NCBI GenBank assembly: GCA_963666485.2 | Contig: CAXXUO010000004.1 | Location: 192,001-256,000 of the forward strand | From: Syntrophorhabdaceae bacterium | GTDB lineage: Bacteria; Desulfobacterota; Syntrophorhabdia; Syntrophorhabdales; Syntrophorhabdaceae | Direction of reading: 5' to 3' | Length of the DNA stretch: 64,000 bases | In this document: positions 1 to 8,942 of the stretch, piece by piece | How positions within the stretch are numbered: position 1 is the first letter of the stretch | Layout: every line of letters starts with the position of its first letter | Program-made: the position numbers and the translations under genes | The notes under the pieces: generated by a model | What the model was told of the DNA's origin: nothing | The model's database searches: none | Seen by the model: only the letters and a program-made list of their open reading frames with translations

Positions 1-777
1 AGTCTCGTTCGGCGGGTATTTCTTCCTGTCGGTATTCACCGATTGAATTGCAACATCCCGGATGGCCGCAGCGGCCGGGGGCTCAGACGCAGTCGAAGCG
101 CTGGCCTTACGGCGGGAAACGAGGGATATCTTTGTAGGCTGGGACCTTTCACGGGCCGCTCGTTTTGTCGGGGCCGGGGTTTCAGCGGGGGGTGCACCTT
201 CGCCCCCCTTAACACGCTGCCTGCCCGATACCGGCGGAGGAGCCTCGTTCACCTCATTCCGGGCTTTGTCGTCCTCAGCCGCGGACGGACGGGCAGCCTC
301 ATCCTCGCGCCCGGGCCCAAAAAGGCTCGAGGCATCCATCGCAAGGATCGTCACATAGAGGTCATCATTCCACGAACCATTATTTAATTGGGAAGATGCG
401 ATGAAATCGCGGGCCTTATCAAGGGTGTCCGACTGGCCGGGCATTCCGTGAAGGGCATTATAGACAAGGGCGGTATCCTTGACCGTGGAAACCCGGTCGC
501 CAAATCCCCCGTCTTCGCGGCGCCCCGCCAGGAGGTATGCAACGGCCTTATTCGCGGAGATCCTTTTTCGCGGTGTTTCGGGGCATTGCCTGAGCGATAT
601 CAGGGCCATCGCCGTCATTGCTATCGTGCTCGCATCGCCTCGTGCGGCGCCCCAGCCTCCGTCACTGTTCTGAAGGGAAAATAAATAGCGGAATGCTTTT
701 TCGCTCAAAGAAGGACGGTCATCCGGTCCTCCCGGATCCTCTCCCTTTTCAAGATCTCCGTCAAATGCCTTCTTCAA
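1..777 (-). CDS. Prenyltransferase/squalene-oxidase (QW) repeat protein with Pro/Ala linker; 3' end truncated by window edge
   Basis: Manual translation from TTG at 777, open to position 1: YLFSLQNSDGGWG, YLLAGRREDGGFG, FIASSQLNNGSW motifs, low-complexity linker, then SVNTDRKKYPPNET. Not in ORF track. Confidence 0.7.
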   Translation of the reverse strand, partial: MKKAFDGDLEKGEDPGGPDDRPSLSEKAFRYLFSLQNSDGGWGAARGDASTIAMTAMALISLRQCPETPRKRISANKAVAYLLAGRREDGGFGDRVSTVKDTALVYNALHGMPGQSDTLDKARDFIASSQLNNGSWNDDLYVTILAMDASSLFGPGREDEAARPSAAEDDKARNEVNEAPPPVSGRQRVKGGEGAPPAETPAPTKRAARERSQPTKISLVSRRKASASTASEPPAAAAIRDVAIQSVNTDRKKYPPNET

Positions 778-943
778 TTATTCGACCTTCTTCCGCACCC
801 GCTTGCGCGTCGGGCCTCACGCTTCCCCGATTTTCTCAAAAGCTCCGTTAAATCAACTGATTATACCCATTCATAAAAAATACTGTCAATACCCGGCCTC
901 ATGCGGGTGTGCATCGGACCAACCGATATGAACGGGATGTGCC

Positions 944-1387
944 CTATTTAGCCGTGTCGATTATCACGGTCACAGGTCCGTCATTGACGAGCGAGACATC
1001 CATGTGCGCCTGGAATACACCGGTCTCAACCCGGGCGACGCGCGTCTTTGCCTTTTCTACGAAGAGATTGAAGAATTCACGGGCCTCCGACGACGGCATG
1101 GCATCGGAGAACGACGGCCTGCGCCCCTTTGAGCAGTCTCCATACAGGGTGAACTGCGATACGACAAGGAGCGCCCCGTTGACGTCGAGCAAAGATTCGT
1201 CGAATTTGCCATCCTCTTTTTCAAAGATCCTGAGATTAACTATCTTGTCGACCAGCCAGTCAATGTTCTCCCCGGTATCACCCTTAGCGATACCGAGCAA
1301 TACGAGAAGGCCCTTGCCTATATGCCCGACACATGAATTATCGACGAAAACAGACGATTCTTTAACCCGCTGCACGACGGCGCGCAT
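944..1387 (-). CDS. dtd: D-aminoacyl-tRNA deacylase
   Basis: MRAVVQRV start, SQFTL motif, NDGPVT motif. Confidence 0.97.
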   Translation of the reverse strand: MRAVVQRVKESSVFVDNSCVGHIGKGLLVLLGIAKGDTGENIDWLVDKIVNLRIFEKEDGKFDESLLDVNGALLVVSQFTLYGDCSKGRRPSFSDAMPSSEAREFFNLFVEKAKTRVARVETGVFQAHMDVSLVNDGPVTVIIDTAK

Positions 1388-1408
1388 ATCCTAAACCCTC
1401 CATTCCAT

Positions 1409-1436
1409 AAAAAAAGGGCCCGCTTCACGGGCCCTC
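1409..1436 (-). terminator. Putative intrinsic terminator downstream of the EF-G-like gene
   Basis: agggccc-gcttcac-gggccct hairpin followed by a U-run on the minus strand. Confidence 0.6.
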
Positions 1437-1459
1437 GTGTTATTCCCCACAGGCATTGC

Positions 1460-3556
1460 CTATTTTTCCTGTGCTTCTTTCTCTCGTTTTGCGGCTTCAA
1501 CGATCTTGTCGGCGATCTGTGCCGGCACCTCTTCGTAATGGGAAAATTCCATTGTGAACGTGCCGCGCCCACCGGTCATGGACCTCAGGTCCGGTGCGTA
1601 CCGCAGGACCTCGGCCATGGGAACGACAGCTTTTACCACCTGGTTGCTGCCCTTTGTTTCCACGCCCATTATCTTGCCCCTGCGGGAGTTCATGTCGCCC
1701 ATGATGTCCCCCATGTTTTCATCGGGAACGATCACTTCCATTTTCATGATGGGCTCGAGCAATACCGGCTTGCACTGTTCGAGGCCTTTCTTGAAGCCCA
1801 TCGACGCCGCGATCTTGAACGCCATTTCAGAGGAGTCGACATCGTGGTACGAACCGTCATACAGCATGACCCGGAAATCGATGACCGGATACCCGGCAAG
1901 GATCCCCTGGTTCATGGCCTCGACAATACCTTTCTCCACGGCGGGGATATACTGTCTCGGAATTGCACCGCCGACGATCTTATCGACGAACTCGAAACCT
2001 TCACCGCGGGGCTTCGGTCCCATTTCAAGCCAGGTGTCGCCGTACTGGCCCTTGCCGCCCGACTGTTTCTTGTATTTCCCCTGGATCTTGCAAGACCCCT
2101 TGATGGTTTCCTTGTACGGGACCTTCGGGTCCTTCAATTCAACTTCGACGCCGAACTTGCGCTTCATCCTTTCGACGACGACCTCGATATGTACCTGCCC
2201 CATGCCGGAGAGGAGGAACTCTTTTGTCTGTTCGTCGCGCGAATACTTGATGGTCTGGTCTTCTTCGATGAGCCGTGCGAGAGAGGTATTGAGCTTGTCT
2301 TCGTCTCCCTTGGCCTTCGGCTGAAGCGAGAAGGAAATAACGGGGTTCGCGACCGTTACACCCTCATACCTGATCGGGGCCTTCTCATCACAGAGCGTGT
2401 CGCCCGTCTGGACATCCTTGAGTTTTGCAACAACGGCAATGTCGCCGGCGCCTGCCGCACCCGCGGGTTTCTGTTTCTTTCCCACGAGGTAGAAGATCTG
2501 CCCGATGCGCTCTTTCTCATCCTTGAGCACGTTGAGGGCCGTCATATCCGGATGCACCTCTCCCGAATAGACCCGGAACATCGTCAACTTCCCGGCGAAG
2601 GGATCTGTTATGGTCTTGAAAACGAGGGCACTGAAAGGTTTATCTGCGGACTGCTCCCTGACCATCTTTTCCCCGTTCTTCGGATTTATGCCTTCGATCT
2701 CCTTTTTGAAGGTCGGGGCCGGGAACAGTTTCACGATATTGTCGAGCAGGGTGTTGATGCCGATATTCTTCGCAGCCGACCCGCAAAAGATCGGAACGAT
2801 CTTATTGCCCGCGATCCCGGCGTTAAGGCATTTCTCGATCTCTTCCGGTTTTATCTCGTCACCGTTGAGGTAGCGCTCCATGACCTCGTCGTCCATCTCT
2901 ACTGCTGTCTCGACGAGCTGTTCGCGGTATTTCTGTGCGAGTTCCGCTTCGGCAGCCGGGATATCGACCGTATCGAAGGCCCCGGACACATCGCCCTTAA
3001 AGACATATGCCTTCATCGAAAGGAGATCGACGATCCCCTTGAAATTTTCTTCCTGGCCGATCGGGACCTGTACGGCGAGGCATGTCTTGTCGGTGAAATT
3101 CTTCTTGATGTCTTCGACCGTTCTCGCGAAATCAGCCCGTTCCCTGTCCATCTTGTTGATGAAGATACCGGCGGTCGCGCCGAATTCGTTCGCATATCCC
3201 CAGACCTTTTCGGTCTGGACTTTAACCCCCGATACCGCGCTCACGACAATGATGGCACCGTCAACGACCCTCATGCAGAGCTTGGCGTCGGATATAAAGT
3301 TGTCATCACCCGGGGTATCGAGGAGATTGATCTTGTTCTTGCCCCATTCAAAACAGGCGAGCGACGAACCGATCGTGATCTTCCGTTCCACTTCTTCCGG
3401 CTCGTAATCCATCAGCGACGTCCCGTCGTTGACGCTGCCGAGCCTCGTATTTTCACCCGCCAGAAAGAGCATTGCCTCGACGATAGAGGTCTTCCCTTCA
3501 CCGCCGTGAGAAAAAATCCCAACATTCCTGATCGCATCAGGCTCGTACTTTTTCAT
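1460..3556 (-). CDS. fusA: Elongation factor G-like protein (EF-G2-type paralog)
   Basis: 698 aa with full EF-G domain layout; G motifs SHGGEGKT, ERKITI, DTPGDDNF, NKMD; domain IV YHDVDSSEMAFK; not in an rpsL-rpsG operon. Confidence 0.9.
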   Translation of the reverse strand: MKKYEPDAIRNVGIFSHGGEGKTSIVEAMLFLAGENTRLGSVNDGTSLMDYEPEEVERKITIGSSLACFEWGKNKINLLDTPGDDNFISDAKLCMRVVDGAIIVVSAVSGVKVQTEKVWGYANEFGATAGIFINKMDRERADFARTVEDIKKNFTDKTCLAVQVPIGQEENFKGIVDLLSMKAYVFKGDVSGAFDTVDIPAAEAELAQKYREQLVETAVEMDDEVMERYLNGDEIKPEEIEKCLNAGIAGNKIVPIFCGSAAKNIGINTLLDNIVKLFPAPTFKKEIEGINPKNGEKMVREQSADKPFSALVFKTITDPFAGKLTMFRVYSGEVHPDMTALNVLKDEKERIGQIFYLVGKKQKPAGAAGAGDIAVVAKLKDVQTGDTLCDEKAPIRYEGVTVANPVISFSLQPKAKGDEDKLNTSLARLIEEDQTIKYSRDEQTKEFLLSGMGQVHIEVVVERMKRKFGVEVELKDPKVPYKETIKGSCKIQGKYKKQSGGKGQYGDTWLEMGPKPRGEGFEFVDKIVGGAIPRQYIPAVEKGIVEAMNQGILAGYPVIDFRVMLYDGSYHDVDSSEMAFKIAASMGFKKGLEQCKPVLLEPIMKMEVIVPDENMGDIMGDMNSRRGKIMGVETKGSNQVVKAVVPMAEVLRYAPDLRSMTGGRGTFTMEFSHYEEVPAQIADKIVEAAKREKEAQEK

Positions 3557-3741
3557 TCAAAACTCCTTTCGATACCCGTAAAATCGTTTAAAAGTCAGTG
3601 AATTTAACACGATTTTCCGTCAGAAATCAAGCGTAAACCGGAAAGGCATAGCGTCAGGAAGCAAGCGGCATCGCTTGTGTCTTGACTCCCTGATAGTTTT
3701 ATGTTTAAGTAGTAATTTCAAATTAGAACAAGGGATGAAAG

Positions 3742-3876
3742 ATGAAAAGAACATACCAGCCGCATAACAAAAGCAGGAAAAGGACCCACGGGTTCCTCGT
3801 ACGCATGAGAACGGCCTCAGGGCGCGACGTGATAAGGCGCAGGCGGGCGAAGGGACGCAAGAGCCTGTCGGTCTGA
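3742..3876 (+). CDS. rpmH: 50S ribosomal protein L34
   Basis: Manual translation [44 protein letters not shown]; canonical position before rnpA. Confidence 0.98.
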   Translation: MKRTYQPHNKSRKRTHGFLVRMRTASGRDVIRRRRAKGRKSLSV

Positions 3877-3940
3877 GGACCCTGAAAGCAGAACATAGTG
3901 CGGCGGCTTGTTACCCGTAAAGCCGCTTAATTTATACCTG

Positions 3941-4291
3941 ATGACCCGCACGTTGACGAAACAAGAAAGGCTCAAAAAGGGGGACTTCCGAGGCGTAAGA
4001 TGGACACGATGCTCAGAGACGGCGCATTTTGTCCTGTTCGCTGCGGTCAACCGGTGCACCATCAGACGATTTGCCGTCACCATACGTAAAAAAACGGGGG
4101 TTGCCGTAGTGCGCAACAGGGTGAAGAGGGTCGTAAAGGAATATTTCCGCCTGCATAAAGAACTCTTCATAGAAGGATCGAATAACCTTATAAGGGTAAA
4201 GGGGCTGCCGGACGAACTGTCGATGAACGCGATGGGACCGGAGCTCGAGGCCCTTCTTGCTGCAGTACCTGCGCACATAAGCATCAGGTAA
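3941..4291 (+). CDS. rnpA: Ribonuclease P protein component
   Basis: [17 protein letters not shown] motif; synteny; start uncertain (ATG at 3941 chosen). Confidence 0.92.
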   Translation: MTRTLTKQERLKKGDFRGVRWTRCSETAHFVLFAAVNRCTIRRFAVTIRKKTGVAVVRNRVKRVVKEYFRLHKELFIEGSNNLIRVKGLPDELSMNAMGPELEALLAAVPAHISIR

Positions 4292-4500
4292 TGAAAAAAA
4301 TCATCATCTTTGCTGTAAAGCTATACAGGGTGACATTCTCCGCTTTTTTGCCGGTCCAGTGCCGGTATTTCCCGACCTGTTCCCAATACATGATCGAAGC
4401 CGTTGAAAAGAAGGGCGCCTTAAGAGGAACGCTCCTCGGCATCAAGCGGATATTAAAATGCAATCCTCTCTTCCCGGGCGGATACGACCCGGTACCTTAA
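4291..4500 (+). CDS. yidD: Membrane protein insertion efficiency factor YidD
   Basis: [10 protein letters not shown]...[17 protein letters not shown]; synteny. Confidence 0.96.
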   Translation: MKKIIIFAVKLYRVTFSAFLPVQCRYFPTCSQYMIEAVEKKGALRGTLLGIKRILKCNPLFPGGYDPVP

Positions 4501-4513
4501 CCGGAGGTAACGA

Positions 4514-6103
4514 ATGGATAAACGCACCATTATAGTGCTCGTGCTTACAATGGCAATGCTTTTTGTCTTCCAGACATATTTCATGCCAAAAGAAACGCCC
4601 CAGCAGCCAAAACCGCAGACACAGACCCAGCCGGCGCCTCCGGCCGACACGGCAAAACCCGCTGATAAAGCAGCTCCGCAAAAGGCGACGGGCACAGCAC
4701 CCGGAGGGTCTGCACCTGCCGCGGCATCCACCGAAAAGAAGGCAACGAAAGTTATCACGGTATCGACACCGTACCTCGATGTGGCGCTCACGGACCTTGG
4801 CGGGGGCATCTCGAGTGTCAAACTGAAAAAATACAAGGCCACTGTCAAGGGCCCGGAAGAAAAAGAAATAATCGAGCAGGTCGCACCATACAGCTACAAC
4901 CCGACCGTTTATGAGAACGCCGTACAGGACAAGGTTTACTTCAAGGCGGACAAGGATAAGCTCGTTGTGACCGACTCATCCGCCACCCTGACGATGACAG
5001 GTGATCTTCCGAACGGTACGAAAATCAAAAAGACATATACCTTCTATCCCGATAATTATGTTGTCGGGCTTACCGTCGAAGGGTCAGGTACCCGGCCCGT
5101 GTACGCAGACTTTGCCATCATCAACGACAAGAACGAGTCAAGCTACGTCTTCAAGGGCCCGTTCGTCTACAACGGGAAAAGTTTGAATCAGATCGAAAAG
5201 ATCAAGGAAACTCTTAATTTCAAAGAGGATTACCAGTACGCCGGGTTCGATGAAGGTTTCTTTACCTTCATTTATATCCCCTCGGACGCCAAACCGTGGC
5301 TGTCGATCGGCAAGACGGATACGAACATACCCTACGTCCGCCTCGCATCAGGAACGAACAAGCTGTCCGGCAAGCTCTATTTCGGCCCCAAAAAGAGCGA
5401 CATCCTTGCAAGCCTCAATGTCAAAGCCGAGAAGATCATTGATTTCGGATGGTTCGATGTCATCGCGAAGCCGCTCGTATGGCTTCTCGATTTCTTTAAC
5501 CGCTTCACGCACAACTACGGTATCGACATTATCCTGCTCACCATACTGATCAAGATAATCTTTCACCCGCTCAGCGTGATGAGCTTCAAGAACATGGCGA
5601 AGATGCAGGCGGTCCAGCCCGAGATCAAAAAGCTGCAGGAAAAATACAAGGATGACAAGGCGCGCCTCAACCAGGAGTTAATGGCGATCTATAAATCGCG
5701 CGGCGTCAACCCCATGAGCGGGTGTCTGCCCATGCTCCCCCAGATCCCCGTCTTCTTTGCCCTGTACAAGGCGTTGTCGGGGGCGATCGAACTCAGGCAC
5801 GCACCGTTCCTCTGGTGGATAAACGACCTGTCGGCCCCCGAAGACCTGTGGTCGTTCACGGTCATGGGATACACCCTGCCCATCAGGATCCTTCCGATCA
5901 TCATGGGCGCGACGCAGGTCATCCAGCAGAAGATGACGCCGACGAGCGCCGACCCCATGCAGCAGAAGATGATGATGTTCATGCCTATCGTGTTCACGTT
6001 CATCTTCTGGGGTTTCCCGTCAGGGCTCGTCCTTTACTGGCTCGTCTATAACGTGGCCTCCATAGGCCAGCAATACTACATCAATACGAAGTTGAAGAAA
6101 TAA
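4514..6103 (+). CDS. yidC: Membrane protein insertase YidC
   Basis: N-terminal TM, periplasmic domain, DFGWF, NPMSGCLP, GLVLYW motifs. Confidence 0.97.
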   Translation: MDKRTIIVLVLTMAMLFVFQTYFMPKETPQQPKPQTQTQPAPPADTAKPADKAAPQKATGTAPGGSAPAAASTEKKATKVITVSTPYLDVALTDLGGGISSVKLKKYKATVKGPEEKEIIEQVAPYSYNPTVYENAVQDKVYFKADKDKLVVTDSSATLTMTGDLPNGTKIKKTYTFYPDNYVVGLTVEGSGTRPVYADFAIINDKNESSYVFKGPFVYNGKSLNQIEKIKETLNFKEDYQYAGFDEGFFTFIYIPSDAKPWLSIGKTDTNIPYVRLASGTNKLSGKLYFGPKKSDILASLNVKAEKIIDFGWFDVIAKPLVWLLDFFNRFTHNYGIDIILLTILIKIIFHPLSVMSFKNMAKMQAVQPEIKKLQEKYKDDKARLNQELMAIYKSRGVNPMSGCLPMLPQIPVFFALYKALSGAIELRHAPFLWWINDLSAPEDLWSFTVMGYTLPIRILPIIMGATQVIQQKMTPTSADPMQQKMMMFMPIVFTFIFWGFPSGLVLYWLVYNVASIGQQYYINTKLKK

Positions 6104-6116
6104 GGATGATACACTC

Positions 6117-6941
6117 ATGGAGATACTCGAATTCGAAGGAAAAACATACGAAGAGGCTGTCAAAAAGGCGTGTGTTCAGCTCAACGTTGAAGAAAGGGAA
6201 CTGGATATTGATGTCAAGGAAGTAGATACCAAGGGGATCCTTGGCCTCCTCGGAACAAAGAAGATCCGTATCACCGTAAAGTTGCGGTCGCAGGAGAGCG
6301 CATCCCCCGAACCCCCGGCTCCGGCTCACATTCATGATACCCCGGCTCCGGCTCACATTCATGATACCCCGGCCCCCGGCGCCCCGGCCCGGGTCATCAC
6401 CGACACCTCGGAAGAAACGCCTGAATCCTTCGGCGCGGTCTTCCTCAAGGAGTTCGGCAGGCATGTCGGCCTGGATTTCCAGATAATGGTGACGGATATC
6501 AGCGAAAAGACGGACCGGATACTCTTTCTTATCCAGTGCGATGACGGTGATATCCTTATCGGCAAGGACGGCGAGATACTCGAGGCCATGCAGCACCTTT
6601 TGAGATTGGCGGTCGCCAAAAAATTCAAACATAACCTCAAATTGTTAATAGATATAAATGGTTACAGAGAAAGACGAAAAAAAGCTTTAACAATCATGGC
6701 TAAGAGAATGGCAGATAAGGCAAAAAGGACGGGAAGAAAGATGAAAACGGATCCTCTGAACCCGTATGAACGCCGTATCATTCACACTCTTTTTAAACAT
6801 AATAAAGGGGTTACAACCAAAAGTGAAGGTGACGGCCACATCAAGAAAGTCATCATCACGCCTACCGGCAAACCGTTCGATCGCGGCAACCCCCGTTCCC
6901 AGCGTGGAGGCTTCCGTGGAAATGCCCGCGGAAAGCGCTGA
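6117..6941 (+). CDS. jag: Jag/KhpB (EloR) RNA-binding protein (Jag_N, KH, R3H)
   Basis: GKTYEEAV N-terminus, LIGKDGE KH loop, ERRIIH R3H motif; synteny. Confidence 0.93.
   Translation: MEILEFEGKTYEEAVKKACVQLNVEERELDIDVKEVDTKGILGLLGTKKIRITVKLRSQESASPEPPAPAHIHDTPAPAHIHDTPAPGAPARVITDTSEETPESFGAVFLKEFGRHVGLDFQIMVTDISEKTDRILFLIQCDDGDILIGKDGEILEAMQHLLRLAVAKKFKHNLKLLIDINGYRERRKKALTIMAKRMADKAKRTGRKMKTDPLNPYERRIIHTLFKHNKGVTTKSEGDGHIKKVIITPTGKPFDRGNPRSQRGGFRGNARGKR
6313..6373 (+). repeat. In-frame 27-bp tandem repeat inside jag
   Basis: ccccggctccggctcacattcatgata x2 plus a partial third; encodes PAPAHIHDT x2. Confidence 0.9.
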
Positions 6942-8298
6942 GACCATATGTGCCGTCTCTACCCCACCCGGTGAAGGCGGGATAAACATAATTCGCCTGA
7001 GCGGACCGAACGCTCACCGCATACTCGACACTATCTTCAAACCCAGGAACAGATCGAAAAGATCGACGGCAGGAATGCTGCGCCTGGGGTATATACGCGA
7101 TCCCGGGACGGGAAACGATATAGACGAGGTCTTTGCCGTCCTTATGAAGGCACCGGGAACATACACGCGCGAGGATATTGCAGAGATCCATTCCCACGGG
7201 GGATTCGCTGCCCAGTCCGCGATAATGAAGGCCATACTGGCCCAGGGGGCCCGGCTTGCCGAGCCGGGCGAATTCACAAAACGGGCGTTCCTGAACGGAA
7301 GGATAGACCTGGTGCAGGCGGAGTCGGTTCTCGACGTCATCAAAAGTGAGACCGATGAAGAACTGGAATATGCCGTCAGCTACCTGAAGGGGCGCCTCTC
7401 GAAAAAACTGCACGGGTTCCGTGATATTCTCAAACATGCCCTGGCTGCCCTTGAGGCGTCTATCGATTTCCCCGAGGAGGACATCGATATCGACTTTTCA
7501 GGGCACCTGGTATCACTCACCAGGGCCAGGAAAGAGATCGACGGTCTCGTCTCGTCCTATTATGAAGGCAAGGGTTTCAAGAGCGGGTTCGAGGTATTGA
7601 TAGCAGGCCGGACCAATGTCGGCAAATCGAGTTTCCTGAATGCCCTGGCGCTCAAGGAACGGGCGATCGTAACCGAACTGCCCGGGACGACCCGCGATCT
7701 CATTGAAGAGACCCTGTACATCAAGGGAATGAAGGTGCACCTCGTCGACACCGCCGGCTTCAGAGCACCCGAAAATATCGTTGAGGAAGAAGGGATACGC
7801 AAAGTGAAGGAAAGGGCTGCCACGGCCGACCTCATCGCATGGGTCATCGACGGGTCTCAACCCTACTCCGCTGAGGATCAGCAGGTATATGATGAAATTA
7901 ACCAGTATAATCAAGTCGTTATAATAAATAAATCAGACATTGAACAACTTTTTGATATTAATATACTGAAATCATTAAATGTTACATCGTATCTAAATAT
8001 CTCGGCAAAAACAGGCGAGGGTCTCAGCGAAGCCAAAAACTTAATATTTTCAAAGATATTAAAGACGAGACGGAAAAATTCGCTCCTTATCACGACACTG
8101 CGCCACCGGGACATTCTTCGAAAGGTCTCCGGCAACATCGGGAGGGTTATAGCGGGCCTCACACAAAAAGAAACCCACGCCGAACTCCTGGCATTCGAGC
8201 TCCACGAAGCCCTGCATCACCTTGGGGAAATAACGGGAGAAACCTGTACGGAAGAAATACTGGATACGATATTCGGACAGTTCTGTATTGGAAAGTAA
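6922..8298 (+). CDS. mnmE: tRNA modification GTPase MnmE (TrmE)
   Basis: ETICAVSTPPGEGG, GEFTKRAFLNG, GRTNVGKSS, GTTRD, C-terminal FCIGK; start at ATG 6922, overlapping the jag end. Confidence 0.97.
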   Translation: MPAESAETICAVSTPPGEGGINIIRLSGPNAHRILDTIFKPRNRSKRSTAGMLRLGYIRDPGTGNDIDEVFAVLMKAPGTYTREDIAEIHSHGGFAAQSAIMKAILAQGARLAEPGEFTKRAFLNGRIDLVQAESVLDVIKSETDEELEYAVSYLKGRLSKKLHGFRDILKHALAALEASIDFPEEDIDIDFSGHLVSLTRARKEIDGLVSSYYEGKGFKSGFEVLIAGRTNVGKSSFLNALALKERAIVTELPGTTRDLIEETLYIKGMKVHLVDTAGFRAPENIVEEEGIRKVKERAATADLIAWVIDGSQPYSAEDQQVYDEINQYNQVVIINKSDIEQLFDINILKSLNVTSYLNISAKTGEGLSEAKNLIFSKILKTRRKNSLLITTLRHRDILRKVSGNIGRVIAGLTQKETHAELLAFELHEALHHLGEITGETCTEEILDTIFGQFCIGK

Positions 8299-8303
8299 AG
8301 ACG

Positions 8304-8373
8304 GTTCCACGTTCCAGGTTCCACGATTTAGGGAAAAGCTTTTCCGTGGAACCTGGAACGTGGAACGTGGAAC
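8304..8373. repeat. Inverted heptamer arrays (GTTCCAC/G)x3 ... (G/CTGGAAC)x4; probable bidirectional terminator
   Basis: Read directly; lies between convergent genes and is followed by a T-run. Confidence 0.85.
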
Positions 8374-8380
8374 CTTTTTT

Positions 8381-8887
8381 TTATTTTTTCTTCTCTCCCT
8401 TGGGAGGCTCGACCATTAAAGGTATTGTATTCAATTTATCTACCCTTACGCCGTGCTTGTAACAGACGTTGTCCCAGAGAACGCCGAGGATCGTTTCCTG
8501 GCTGAAGTATTGCCAGGGCTCGTTCTCGGTCACCATTTCGTTCTTGTCGGTACCGGTGACCGGGTCGTATTCCTTTGATGCGACAACACGGTATTTGCTC
8601 GAGGAGCAATCAAGCTCTATCAGGCTCTTCAATGAATCGACCTCACCGTCAGCCGTCTTGACCGCGATCTTCTCCCATACCCTGGCCCTTTGTCTGTCGA
8701 TCATTTGAACACTGGCGGGGTTGAAATAGTACCGTTTCGTCTGGGATTCCATATATATCTTCCATTCCGGGGCTTTTTCCGGGGTTTTCGGCTGCGCCAC
8801 GGGTGAAGGCTGCGCAAATACCCACGTTGACAGTAAGATGAGTGACAGACAAACAGCGCATACGATCCCTACCCTTTTCCCTTCCAT
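8381..8887 (-). CDS. Exported protein, surface-adhesin E-like family
   Basis: RBS aggag, signal peptide ending VFA, W...YYF.P.SV, ELDC, W...C pattern; resembles 38404-38856. Confidence 0.6.
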   Translation of the reverse strand: MEGKRVGIVCAVCLSLILLSTWVFAQPSPVAQPKTPEKAPEWKIYMESQTKRYYFNPASVQMIDRQRARVWEKIAVKTADGEVDSLKSLIELDCSSSKYRVVASKEYDPVTGTDKNEMVTENEPWQYFSQETILGVLWDNVCYKHGVRVDKLNTIPLMVEPPKGEKKK

Positions 8888-8942
8888 ATCCACTCCTTTT
8901 ATAACGGTTATCCGTTCTCTATACCATATATCGGCCCTTATG

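Noticed and set aside
1538..3601. 687-aa plus-strand ORF, and similar long antisense ORFs at 9696-11294, 25944-27062, 36541-37524 and 59303-60286
   Set aside because: They overlap well-supported genes on the opposite strand and show no motifs; typical codon-bias shadow ORFs
3557..3741. Possible oriC upstream of rpmH
   Set aside because: No DnaA-box cluster seen and no adjacent dnaA
6766..6921. N-terminal extensions in the ORF track (mnmE; likewise the 9052, 33795, 43063, 45144 and 53023 starts)
   Set aside because: They overlap neighbours or lack an RBS; downstream starts fit family N-termini better
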